Assembly: GCF_030684315.1 (NCBI RefSeq)
Contig: NC_081374.1
Span: forward strand, 11,892,837 to 11,956,836
DNA: 64,000 nucleotides
Source of the DNA: Stegostoma tigrinum
Taxonomy: Eukaryota
Direction: 5' to 3'
Position numbers and translations under genes: made by a program. Within the stretch, counting starts at the first letter, position 1, and each line of letters starts with the position of its first letter. Positions 1-11,960 of the stretch are shown in pieces. The notes under the pieces are model-generated. The model was not told the origin of the DNA. It ran no database searches and saw only the letters and a list, made by a program, of their open reading frames with translations.

Positions 1-228
1 GACAGATGTCAGAGGTAGTTTCTTTACTCAGAGTAGTAAGGGAATGGAATGCTTTGCCTGCAACGGTAGTAGATTCGCCAACTTTAGGTACATTTAAGTC
101 ATCATTGGACAAGCATATGGACGTACATGGAATAGTGTAGGTTAGATGGGCTTGAGATTGGTATGACAGGTCGGCACAACATCAAGGGCTGAAGGGCCTG
201 TACTGTGCTGTAATGCTCTATGTTCTAT
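1..228 (+). mobile_element. CR1 LINE 3' end
   Basis: Matches the 3' ends of the CR1 copies at 17885-18108 and 30925-31170 (ggctgaagggcctgtactgtgctgta...ctatgttctat tail). Confidence 0.85.
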
Positions 229-385
229 CTTTGGGTTGTGGGAGGAAACTGGAGCACCTGGCACAAACCCACGCAGAAACAGGCAGAATGTGCAAAATCC
301 ACACAGACTGTAACCGGAGGTTTGAATTGAACCCAGGTCACTGCGATTGTGAGGCAGCAGTGCTAACCACTGACTCATGGTGTCG
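229..385 (-). mobile_element. HE1-type tRNA-derived SINE, 5' part
   Basis: Reverse complement resembles the head of the SINE at 28673-28986. A matching SINE sits in front of the paralogous block at ~55795. Confidence 0.75.
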
Positions 386-3300
386 TCCATTTTTGAGAAG
401 TTGAGATGTGATGCTGCTTGGCCTGCTGTGTTCATCCAGCCTCACATTTTATTACCATGTTTACACACTTGTTGCATGCTTTTCATTGTTCATCGTGGTT
501 TGATAAAATGACAAAAATGTGTAAATATTCTCAAGGGTGATGTATATCAGAAACCCGCTGATGTACAAAGAAGCTACGTGCTACCTGCTTTTGGTTGCAC
601 ATTGGAGAAGAGCTGCCCTGGTGCAGGGCCTGCTGGAGGTGAATATTATGGGTCCATGTCAATGTGAATGACATCATTTGATGCAGCGGGAAGAAACTGT
701 GAATAGATATATCGAGGTCTTGCCGGAGCTTCATGTGGTTTATCAGCCACAGAGAGTATAATTGAAAGGTGAGAGAATCTTTATCAATTCATCAACAGGG
801 TAGATTCCAAAGGACCTGAAAAAGAGTTATCAATTAAACTGAGCTGTATGCTGGAGCTAAAGTTCCTACAGCTCAGAACATTCATACACTGACCAGCAAC
901 TGTGTGACAAATAGTGCAGGAGTCAAGGGATGAGCCACCAAGTGTTACAGCAGGGACATTGCACTCCTCTTCCAAAAGCCTTCAAAGAGCTAAATAACAA
1001 ATGCCAATCCAAAATGATCCATTTAGCCCAAATGAACTAGATTCTCCTTGTCAACAATCCAATTCCTTGCAATCAATCACTTTCTGTGGCAAATAATTGC
1101 ATCAGCACATCACTCTCTGGGTCAGTGTTAACTCGAAGGGCTGAATAGCCTGCTTCACTGAACTGACAGCAAATCCACCAGCTTTACCCTGGGCCTGCTA
1201 GACATTTGGGATTGGCTTCCTCTATCACTGGTAAAAGCCCCGAGCCTGTGGAGAAAGCCCATTGGGAAACCACAAACCATACCTACAGGCATTGTAACGC
1301 TGTGCGGGCAGCCATTGCCTACAGCTCATTAAAGAGATAGAACTGGGTCACCTGCAGCAATATGTCTGCAGCTACTGACAGAAATGTTCAGTGGAGACAC
1401 ATTCTGGAAAGACAGGGACGGGACAGTTTTCTTAGAGCCCACATCACTGTTAATAAACTGGACATTGTGGGTAGGGCACTATGTGTCATTCAAGGCTGTA
1501 CTGAGAGTTTTCAGAGCGAGCCCTTTGATTACCGTCTCTGTGAAGGTACCCTCCTGGGACAGGCTCAGATACACGTTGTGGTGGATCACTGCACCATCCT
1601 AGAGCAAATGAGACGTCAATTCTACTGAGAGAGGGGTTTTTGTTTGTCTGAGAAGCATGGTCTTTTAAAAATGGCTGAGTGCCTGCCCACCAGGATATGG
1701 CTTTGACGCTGAAATAGTCACCTTACAGGGTCCCTGACAATTTGATCAAATACTCCTCACTTTGTGACGAAGTGCTGCATTCACCGTTTCCTCACAGAAT
1801 CAAATTGACACACACAGCCCTCTCAGGGGAATGAGTGTTTCTACCTCTGGCTCCATGTTTAAAGCCCAGAAGTGTAACAGGTCAATCACTGCCAGCCAAG
1901 AATAGCCCTTCGCAGCACACGGGCTGGGGCTGGGAAAGAAGAAAGAAGCGTTTCTGAGTGCACATTGTTGGTGCACTGTGAACCTTCAGTGAGAATCCAA
2001 TCACAAATTCATAAATGATTTGCCACATTACATCCTCACCTGTCTGCTTCAACGCAAGCTATAATGACCAAGCAACACAGGCTTGGTGCCCTGAGCATCA
2101 TCCCATCTTACAGCCTGCTCAAAGGCAGTGCTCCTCTTTCCTTCATGTCCAGCATATCACACAACTTGTCGTTGTACAATGGGAGAGCATCACATGGTGC
2201 AAAACCTTCCAATTGTTGCAAATGTCCATTTTGGATTACACAACAAGAAAAGTGAAGCAAAACCCAACAAAAAGAAGCTGAATTTGTGCCTGGCAGTGAA
2301 TCGGGCCGGCTTGCCTTTCAAGCAGCAACAAATTTACACTCAACAAATGGTCACCTCTCAAATGAGATCCATTGGAATCCTGCATTCATAAAATCCTCAC
2401 CAACTCTTCAGTATCCATTCAAAATCAGACTTACATTTCATTGATATTGAGGATGTAATGTTTCAATCTCATCATATTTTTCCAGCTGATTCTACAGTGC
2501 CAATGTCATTCAGGGACTGGCAGGTCTCTGTTCTCTATTTCTAACACCCAGACACTGGTGTCGTCATGGCAGAGGGGTTTCATCCACATTGGGGGAATAA
2601 CCCCCAAAGTTTCCAACTGTTCTACAGGAGATTACCCAACGTACTGTTTCTGTTTCCCAGACAGAGCATTGCGATGGTCCTCACTGGTTCAGTCTCTGGG
2701 TAACAACTCCAGTGACTCTCCTTCCATATTAAGCATTAAGGTGGGAGCATTGCCTTCAGCATTGTGGGTGGGGGTTAGCAGAGTTGGTGCAGGGTGTCAG
2801 CCCCTTTGATCTTCTCAACGATGAAACCCAGCATGATTCACCAGGCTCACTCATCATCAACCACATCCTGGGAAGTACAAAGCCCCATGCCAGGCAGTTC
2901 ACCAGAGTGACCCTCACCTTGGAATTGAAACTCGCTCCCAGTTACTCAATCACAGCTCATGTCTCCCAGACTTGTCTCTCTGTCAGTTGAGTTCCCTTTT
3001 CTGCTTGAAATTGGCCACATTACTTGTTTATTTGGGTCTTTTGGAAACAGAGCAGAGGGTGTCCTTCTCCTGCACATCCAGGAATTCATATCCTGGCTCC
3101 GTAATTATTCAGCACTCACAACAGGAGGGCAATTTGCAAATAAAAAACAAAATATTAATGAATATCCTACATTGAAATGCAGAAGTAATTTTTACAAAAG
3201 AAATCAATTTCTGTCAAAAACTGTTTGTTGACATTGTCTATCTTTGGAGAATGGGCCAATTGTGTTTCACCTGAGAATGGAAAGAGAAGGCAGCAGCGGA

Positions 3301-4164
3301 ATTGGCAGATTCCAGATGCAGCTCAGGGTTTGCCCTTTCGGTCCATTGCTCATTTGTTTTCCGTTTCGTGATGTTCTGTTGTTAAATTGTTAAAGTTGTA
3401 TTTATCCTGCTTACATAGAGAATGGTGGTGATGACATCAGAGCATTGGAACAGATGAGGGCGCGGACCGGAGCTGGACGGACAGCGGTCGGGCGGCCACT
3501 GCAGAGTGGACCGTGAGTAGAGCAGAGTGGTCTGTGGGCTGGAAGCTGGAGCAGGGAGTCAATGGCGGACAGACTGGGGCCTGTTAGAGCCAGCCTGTCA
3601 CAGATGGTCGTCAACGGATTGTGAGCCCATTGTGGGGACGGCCCAACATTGAGAGGTGATGGGGGGAGGCCGCACGCGGGAAGCCCCCAGTGTGGAGTGA
3701 CTACCGGCTACAGAAGGACTGTCATCTTTCTTTTTAACTTTATTTCTTTATTTCCCTCATATATTCTACAAAGAATTGTAATGAACAACTTATCACCTTT
3801 TTCTTTACTTCTCTATTTTTGTAACTGGCCTGTTTTTGTGCCTAAGATTTGCAACCATGTACTTTGTACTTAAGATGACTGCATGCTTGGTGACATTATA
3901 CATTTTTCACTGTACTCCTGTGCTTTTGTACTTAAGTACATGTAACAATGAAACGAAATTCTAATTCTAATTCAGCATAAATCATAAGCTTGGATCACCA
4001 TTACCCATAGCACCTCATTCATTCACAATCTTGAGTTCAGAATTTTCTGTTCCTTCAATGAAAATTAATTTTGAGCCTCTGTTGAACATAACTAACAGGA
4101 GATTAATTCGTTCAGGGTCAGTTTTCACCGTCTGGCTTACTGCAGTTTCAAAAGCTGCCTTCTA

Positions 4165-4180
4165 TATCCTCTTCCTCATT
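4165..4180 (-). promoter_or_regulatory. Conserved ETS/PU.1-like motif (aatgaggaagaggata)
   Basis: tatcctcttcctcatt recurs at 47624-47639 and 58108-58123, about 100 bp upstream of the leader ATGs. GAGGAA is the PU.1/Spi core. Confidence 0.5.
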
Positions 4181-4239
4181 TACGTTCTCATAGGCATTGC
4201 ACTACACACTCCTGTGCTTAAACAAAGGAGAACACGATA

Positions 4240-4820
4240 AAATGAGGGAGGAGTTGGCTAAAGTAGACTCAAAGCAATGTCTCCATGGGGGGTGGGGGGA
4301 CAGTTGAGGAACAGTGGACGACTTTCAAAGTTCTCCGAAAAAGTATATACCAGCAAAAAGGAAGGACTGTAGGAAAAAGTACAATCAGCCACGGAGCGAG
4401 GGGGTTTATCAAATTGAAAGACAAGGCATACAAAATGGCAAAGATCAGTGGGAAACTGGAAGACTGGGAAAACTTTAAACGTCAACAGAAAGCCAGAAAG
4501 AAAGGCCTTAAAGAATAGTAAGATAAATTACAAGATTAAACCAGCTCAGAATAGAAAGACAGATAGCAGCGGTTTCTGTCATTCAACAAAACAAAATAGA
4601 GTAGCTAAGGTAGACAATGGTCCTTTACAGGATGAAAAGGGGGATTTAACAGTGGGAAATGAGGAATTAGCTGAGATTTTGAACAGGTACTTTGTGTCTG
4701 TTTTCACAATGGAGGGCACAAATCACATGCCAGTAATTCATGACAAAGAGACGAAGGTAGGTGAGGACCTAGACATGATCATTTTAACAAAAGAAGTAGT
4801 GTTGGGCAACTAATGGAGCT
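4240..4820 (+). mobile_element. Degenerate CR1 ORF2 fragment
   Basis: Translates to ...GPLQDEKGDLTVGNEELAEILNRYFVSVFT, similar to GPIRDSIGNL...EVGEALNEFFASVFT in the 16140 ORF. Confidence 0.8.
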
Positions 4821-5054
4821 CTTCACCTTGTGGTTAAAACCCTTTCTATCATTTTAGTCAAGAATTGTTACCCACACAAAGAGCTATTCGTCCAAAAAGA
4901 CCACTGGTTTGGTATTTAATGACATTTAATGGCATTTACTTGGTCATCAACAAGCTTCTCCTATTCCACATCAGTACACAATGTGGCAGCAATTTAAACA
5001 TTTTTTCTGAAGTGTGTCTCCACAAAGAATCAGTAAATTACATCTATTATTGAA

Positions 5055-6350
5055 GTTGTTGACTCGCTCGCTGAGCTGGCTTGCTTTTGTTCAGACATTT
5101 CATTACAATGTTAGGTGACATCATCAGTGAAGCCTCCAATGAAGCGATGTTATTCTACTCCGCTTGGAATTTATACTGTTTGGTCTGTTATGGCGAGTAA
5201 TATAATTTCCAGCTTTGATCTGTATGGGTTTGTATATCGAGTTTTGAGAAGATTTGTAGCTCAGGTTGAGGTTCTGGATGTGAGTTTGCTCGCTGAGCGG
5301 GAAGGTTAGTTTTCTTCGTTTTGTCACCATTCTAGGTAACATCATCAGTCAGCCTCTGATGAAGCGCTGGTGTTATGTCCTGCTTTCTATTTATCTGTTT
5401 AGGATATCATAGGATATTATAGGATATTATCCTAAACAGATAAATAGAAAGCGGGACATAACACCAGCGCTTCGTCGGAGGCTCACTGATGATGTTACCT
5501 AGAATGGTGACGAAACGTCTGAAAACTAACCTTCAGCTCAGCGAGCAAACTCACATCCATGGTTTGTATATGTGGTCCAAATCTGTGTTTTTGTTGATTG
5601 AAGTATGAGTTGAGAACCATGCCTCTAGGAATTCCTTTGCATGTCTATGTTTGGCTTGGACTACTATGGTTACATTGTCCCAGTTAAACTGATGACCTTC
5701 ATTGTCTGAGTGCACCAATATTAAGGAGAATTTGTTGTGCCGTTTTGCTGTCAGCTGATGTTTGTGTATTCTGATGGCTAGTTTCCTTCCCGATGTAATG
5801 TTTGTAGCAGTCGTTGCATGGTATTTTGTAAACCACATTGGTTCTGCATGCTGTGGGAATGGGATCTTTAATCCTTGTGAGTGTATGTTATAGATTGACT
5901 ATGGGTTTGTGGGCCACCATGATTTCTACTGGCCTTAGGAATCTTGTTTTCAGTTCTGGTATGTTCCTGATGTAGGGCAATGTGGCCAGCGTGTTGTGGC
6001 ATACTGTATCCTCCTGTTGTTATCTGTTTAGTAGGCATCTGCGGGTGAAGTTGTGGAGATGCGAAGATTTTGACTAGGTGCTCTTCCCCTTTCCTGTGTA
6101 GTGCCGGAGTGTTGCAGTGCGTCGTGGTCCATTTAAATAGTGCCCTAACGCAGCTTTGTTTGTGGATGTTGGGGTGGTTGCTGCGGAAGTTCAGGATTTG
6201 ATCAGTGTGGGTTGCTTCTTTGTATACTGAAGTTGGGAACTCCCATTTGGTCAGATACTCATCTCTAACATCCAGTAATGGACGTTGATTGTTGTTTTTT
6301 CCCTTCTGTTGTTGATGAGTTGTTGGGTCTCTTCCATTTGTTGTACGCAT
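5055..6350 (-). mobile_element. Degenerate Penelope-like element with a nested palindromic insert at 5238-5560
   Basis: Minus-strand peptides THTDQILNFRSNHP and FNWDNVTIV...KEFLEAWFS resemble the Penelope at 19620-20850. Confidence 0.8.
5483..5522 (+). ncRNA. Minimal type I hammerhead ribozyme motif (Penelope terminal repeat)
   Basis: tca-CTGATGA-t-gttacc(tagaat)ggtgac-GAAAC-GTC-tga: intact core, 6-bp stem II, 3-bp stem I, predicted cleavage after C5519. Confidence 0.7.
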
Positions 6351-7590
6351 TTGCTTTCCCGTATTTCAATGTACTAAAGGTCACAGGTTTGGAAGGTACT
6401 GTCACATGCACCACCACTTGGTGAGTTCCTGCAATACATCTTGTAACCTGGTAGACGATAGATATTGGGGGCACTATGCATTGAGGATTGAATGTTGAAG
6501 ATGGTGGAAATGGTGCCGTTTAACTGAGAAATGGATGACACCAAGTTGCTTCTTTGTTGCGGGAGCTGCACCCATCCAGGGAAGTGGGAAATATTCCATT
6601 ATACACCTGACATGGGCCTTCCATAATGTGGACAGGCTCTGGGGTGTCAGGAGGAGAGTTATCTCCTAGGATCAATACATGTGGAGGAAGTATCTCTCAC
6701 TGCAACTGCTGGATGTCTGTGTTTTGAAGCTGGAGTGATGCCTGAGGACACCGTGGAGCATCCATGACACTATCAGTATTGCGGATAGCCGTATAGAGAG
6801 ATGGTTCCCTCTGCTGCCTGAGGCTCTAGAGACAGGGTGGGGATAGATGACCAGCAGAAAGAAAAAGCAGGTTGCGTTGGGGTTTTGGGGGAATGGGACT
6901 GGGCCTGCGGGTATGGGGCTAAATCAGCCCAGTGGTGCGCAGACCTGTTCATTCTCTCTGCTCCCACACCCTACCCCACCCACACTAGCACCGTCCAATT
7001 CCCATTCCGAAGTCACACCTGTCCTCTGTACGTGCATAGTGTGGACTTTGCACATGATGGAACAAGCAGAGGATCTGGAACTGTGTGCATGCACATTCCT
7101 GAGTGAGTGCACACTCGCATTTGTCCTGCATTTCCACTATCAGCGCAGGCTGCCTTGGCTTGTTTATTGATGATGACATGTTTTTCAGCAGAATTAGGAG
7201 CTTATGCTTTTAGTAACAGACAGGAAATAAGACCTCTCAGGGTGACTAACACCTCGCACAATCTCAATAATCACATCTGCAGACCCTGGAAGACCCTCCT
7301 GGCAGCAATTCTCCACAACAAAACAAACGGGCAGGTGTTGAGCTGCGCTTTCTGTTGTAAGAATATCTGCAGCTAACAAGGAGCACTGGCACAACCAGTG
7401 AAGAAATGGTCCGATCTTATCCCTCTTCAGCAGGGATTTGAAGAGAGGAATTTTCAAAGGACTGACTTGCTGTTATCATCTACCTCACAGGAATTCCTCA
7501 CGACTTTTATTGGAATCTTCCTTCCTTGAGATCACTCAGAGATGGGTGAGTGATAACAAGCGCCAATCTGAACATTGCAAGGAAAAGAAA

Positions 7591-7627
7591 ATGCAGAGGC
7601 TGGTTCTATTCATTTGTTTGGTGCTCG
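7591..7627 (+). pseudogene. G1 leader (signal peptide) exon
   Basis: ATG...MQRLVLFICLVL-G|gtgagt; 37 nt, phase 1, the same size and donor as the G4 leader. Confidence 0.8.
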
Positions 7628-10499
7628 GTGAGTGACAGCCCGAGCTGGCTATTTGGAAAGTCTATATTGGTTTACACTTTGCATACCTGCGATTCAGCCA
7701 TGATGTTTAAATACTCAGGGACACATACATGCACAGAACAGTCAGGAAAATGTTTGGGTCAAGTCTTGTCCTTATTTTATCTATACTACTACATCTCAGA
7801 AATATTTAACAATATGTGTGCTATTTATGGTGACTGTCAAAATATAGGTCCTCATTTTGTTTCTCACAAGAACCACAAATAAAATATTTCATCTGTGAAA
7901 AGTGCTATCCAATGGAGACTGAATGCTGCAGCGATAACAATGTCTGTAAGAGAACATTCCCTGAGTTTGCAGATGTTTCTGATCTTTAAAGTGCAGCTGG
8001 TGAAATATTGATGCTCAGACAATGTCACTGCTCCTCAATGACACACATTTTATGCACAGCGCTCCATCAATAAGGAATCTTTTCATACCAGTCTTTCGTC
8101 CCAAAGAAATAAATTTGTCACTTTTGCATCCACTCCAAATTATTCTAATGAGTTTAGCTGCAGTGAAGTTTTTGATGGATAACTTTCATGGGCCAACTTC
8201 AGAAATAGCTGAAGACTTTGCTATTTGACCTCTTCAAGAATGCTCCATCATTGAGCAACATTAAGGCTCCCTCAACACCACTTGCCTGAGCAAGACCCAT
8301 TTCTCTGATCAAAAAAGATTCACTCGCCAGTACACTGAATATATTTAAAGCTCATTGTCTACAGTTCTCTTGGTTCGAGAATTTGAAAGGTTCCCAACCT
8401 TCGAGTGACAGCGTTTCTCCTCATCTTCTTCCAAATGCCTGACTCCCATTTTTGAGACTGTGATTCTGTGTTCCACAGGGAAATGTATGTCTAACGTGGG
8501 CCCAATCAAACCCCCTAACCCTGGGGTCTTTATATATTTCAATGAGATCACCATCATTCCTTTAAATCCCAGGGAAAATTGATATGGCCAGAGAAGAATA
8601 AAGTCATGGAAGTCCAGACCAAAGAAAAAAGTCCTTTATTCCTTGGATCCTGCACTAGTTTAGAAATAATTTTCCTTCAATTCCCTCCAGACTTCCTGTT
8701 CTTACTTCAATATCTCTGGTCAAGAGGCCCTCCATCAAGGGGAAAACATTCTTCCTTTCTGCCTTGTTTGCTCCTCCATAATTTGATACATTTCACTCCT
8801 GTCCCTTCTCAATCACCATTGTACCAAGCAAACAAACCTAGTTTATCCAATCTCTTGTCATCACTAAATCTCAAGTTTAAATTCAAACCAAAGGAGATGT
8901 ACAGTCTATAGTCTAACTATTGGTGCAAAAGATAGAGATAACCTTCGTTTGGGAAATGAAGATGTAGGATCGTTTGGATGGAGATGAGGAATAATTTGGG
9001 TAAAGAATTCACTTGTGGGAATGACTTACAAATCCCTGAAGAGTAACTCTGATGTAAGGTGTATTTAAGGATAAATGGGTGCTTGTGATAAATAGATGGC
9101 AATAACTGAGAGTAATTGCCATCTGTTCAATGAGGGGTTTGTCCAGCATTTTTGAGACAGTCTCTTACAGCGACACATTCTGGCACCATCCAGATAGTTA
9201 GTCTTTGGTAAGAAAGTGTGAAGCTGGATCAACACAGCAGGCCAAGCAGTGAGTACAATCTGACTGAATTTTATATCCCATTTGAAACGTTGAGGTTTTG
9301 TTCTAAGATTGTTATTTTAAACTTTCAATATGGGCAACTGTATGGACATGATAGCTCAGCTTTCTGAAGTGAACTGGGATGTAAGGTTAGCAACTAAATC
9401 AGAAGAAGCTGTGACACACACTACAAGGGATATTTCAGAATGCTCAGAATGAAGAGATGCACATGAAAAGTTCCAAGTGGAGGATCTACATTTCCATGGT
9501 CACCTCGACGTATTCAGTAACTGCTCAGAAAAATACAGTCTCAGAGAGAAAATATACTTCTTTCTAAACCTTGTGTTTAATGTGAACTGAAAGCAAGCTA
9601 ATTTTCTTCAGTGGTGATAAATCTGTCATTAAGCGGCACAGTATAAACAATTTTCTAATACAATGCAATGAACAGCTTAGAGGCATTTGCTTGCTGACCA
9701 CTACTGGTCAATGTTTCACAGGGATTCTTACTTTCATTTTATTTGAAAGAAAACTCTTCATAGAAGTACCAATAAGAATCAGACAAAACTGATTCTGATA
9801 TCATGCAACTATTTTGAAATTTGTACTTCAAAGCTGATGGTAATATCACATACCATCCTGACATGGAACTATATTACCATTCCTTCACTGCTGATAAGTC
9901 AAAATCCCAGAACTGCTGAATATTATTTAAATTTTGACCAATGCAAAAATCCAAGAGGGATCAAGTTGTTTTGCATGAGTTACATGGAGTTAGAACGCAG
10001 GTACCAACACATGATTAAGCAGGCTAATACAATGCTATTCTTTATTACAAGAGGAATTGAATATAAAAGTGAGGACATTGTGCTTCAATGATGAAAGACA
10101 TTGTCCCTGAGGGATCACTATTTTAAAATTAGATATCACTTTTTTTAATATCGAGATGGAAAAATTTTTTCTCCAGAGAACTGTCTGTCACAGGAGGAGG
10201 TGTAGGTGGGTAGATATTTGTGAGACAAGTGTCAAAGATTATCAGGGTAAACGAAAACGTCGGATTGAAACTTAAGTGTCTCGGCCATGATCTTCTGAAT
10301 GGCATAGCAAGCTTCAAGGGATGAATATTCTACTTCTGCTTTGTCATTGCAGATTACAGTTCCAAATTTATATGTTCATATGCTTGTTTCAAATAGAGTG
10401 CAGAGTTTCCTGTGTGTGCAGCGGTAAAACTTATTAGAATGCATTTATTTCTATTAACAGCTTAATTCTTGCTCAATTTCTGAAAAGTTCACTTGTCAG

Positions 10500-10821
10500 C
10501 TTCAATTTCTCTGTGGACAAAGGAGAAGGTAACAGGAATTGTGGGAAGATCAATCACAATAGATTGTAACTACAACACAAGGCACAAGGACAACATGAAA
10601 TACTGGTGTCATAGCAGGACCACGCACTGCTCATATTTGGTGAGAATGACTGATCCAGGTGGGCAGTGATGGAGAACGTCAATCAAAGATAACAAGACAC
10701 AAGGAGTATTTGTTGTTACCATGGAGGGTCTTCACATGGAAGATGCAGGATGGTACAGCCTGTGGTATTGATCGAACAGCTGGTGATGAATTACGTGCTG
10801 TGAACCTCAAAGTATCGCACG
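10500..10821 (+). pseudogene. G1 CD300/pIgR-type Ig V exon (disabled)
   Basis: ttgtcag|..SISLWTKEKVTGIVGRSITIDCNY..KYWCHSRTTHC..*WRTSIKDNKTQGVFVVTM..EDAGWYS/CGI..NLKVSH G|gtacat. In-frame TGA at 10667-10669 and an extra C at ~10760. Confidence 0.9.
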
Positions 10822-10944
10822 GTACATTTTACGTCTTTTTTTATTAATCTCGACTGAAATATCTGACGTATGTTTTATCTGGGAGGAACCATGAAGCCTT
10901 TAATACCCCAAGGTGTTGCAGCAGAGCTCATATTTGTTGGTAGG

Positions 10945-11960
10945 AAGATATGTAGAGGGGGAGACCATTCAACCTATTGGGCCTGTCCCGCTATATAACA
11001 CAACCATGGCTGATCAAACACTTCAGTATCTGTAAGGCACACTATCCTCTTGATTCTTGATACAAATAATAATCAAACATTTATCAAGATTTATTTTAAA
11101 TATATGGCATAAAATCTAGTGAGCCTATGATACACTCCTTCCATGTCAAAAATATCTTTCCTGAGGTAAGCTGATCGAAACCGCACAAGTACTCCAGGTG
11201 CGGTCTAACCAAGATCCTACACAATAAGTGAAGCAAGAATTTTTGATACTCAAATCCTCTTGTAATAAAAGCTACCATTCCTGCAGCCTTCCAAATAACT
11301 TGCTGCACCTGCATGTTAGCCTTCAGTATCTTATTAACAAAGGCACCCAAGTCTCATTATTCATCCTTACTTTCCAACTTCTCATCATTTAAAAAATACT
11401 CTGCTCATCTGTTCTTCCTACCAAAGTGGATAACCTCACATTTGTTCACATTACATTCCATCAGCCAAATTCTTGCCTAATCATTAAGCCTGTCCAAGTT
11501 CTCATGAAGATGTTTTGCATCTTACAACATATAATCCGCATTTTCTTGTAGTATCTGCAAATTTGGAAATGTTAAGTTTAGTCCCTGTCTCCAAATCATT
11601 GCTATACACTGAAACAAACTCGGGATCAAGTACTGATCCTTCCCTAACCATACTAGCCATGGCCTGCCAACATGGGAATGCTTCATTTATTGCTACAGTC
11701 TGTTTTCTGTCCGTTCACCAATCATCAATCCATGCCATTACTTTATGTCTTCTACTATGTGCTTCAACATTGCAAATCAAACTCCTGTGGGGTCCTCCTC
11801 AAAACCCTTTTCAAAATTCAAATGTACTCCATCCATGAATGTCCATTTGTCAATTTTGTGAGTAACATCCTGAAAACTCAAACAAGTTGATAAAACTCAT
11901 TTCTCCATTCACAAATTCATGGAGACTATACACCATCAAATCATTTTTATCTGAAGTGTC
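10945..11960 (-). mobile_element. Degenerate CR1 RT fragment
   Basis: Minus-strand peptide AFITRGFEY...LVRPHLEY. Confidence 0.75.

Larger units (their letters stand above)
390..5050 (+). repeat. Segmental-duplication unit U0: upstream block, promoter and intron-1 remnant of a receptor gene, with no exons left
   Basis: Colinear similarity to 44215-47690 and 55800-58170. 4830-5050 matches intron-1 sequence at 51905-52110 and 59425-59570. Confidence 0.85.

Noticed and set aside
1362-1628. ORFs recurring in the triplicated block (also 45557-45853, 2784-2990, 47015-47320, 57426-57677)
   Set aside because: Stops or frameshifts differ between copies and I recognise no protein motif; recurrence is explained by nucleotide identity. 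A translated search of the consensus is still worthwhile.
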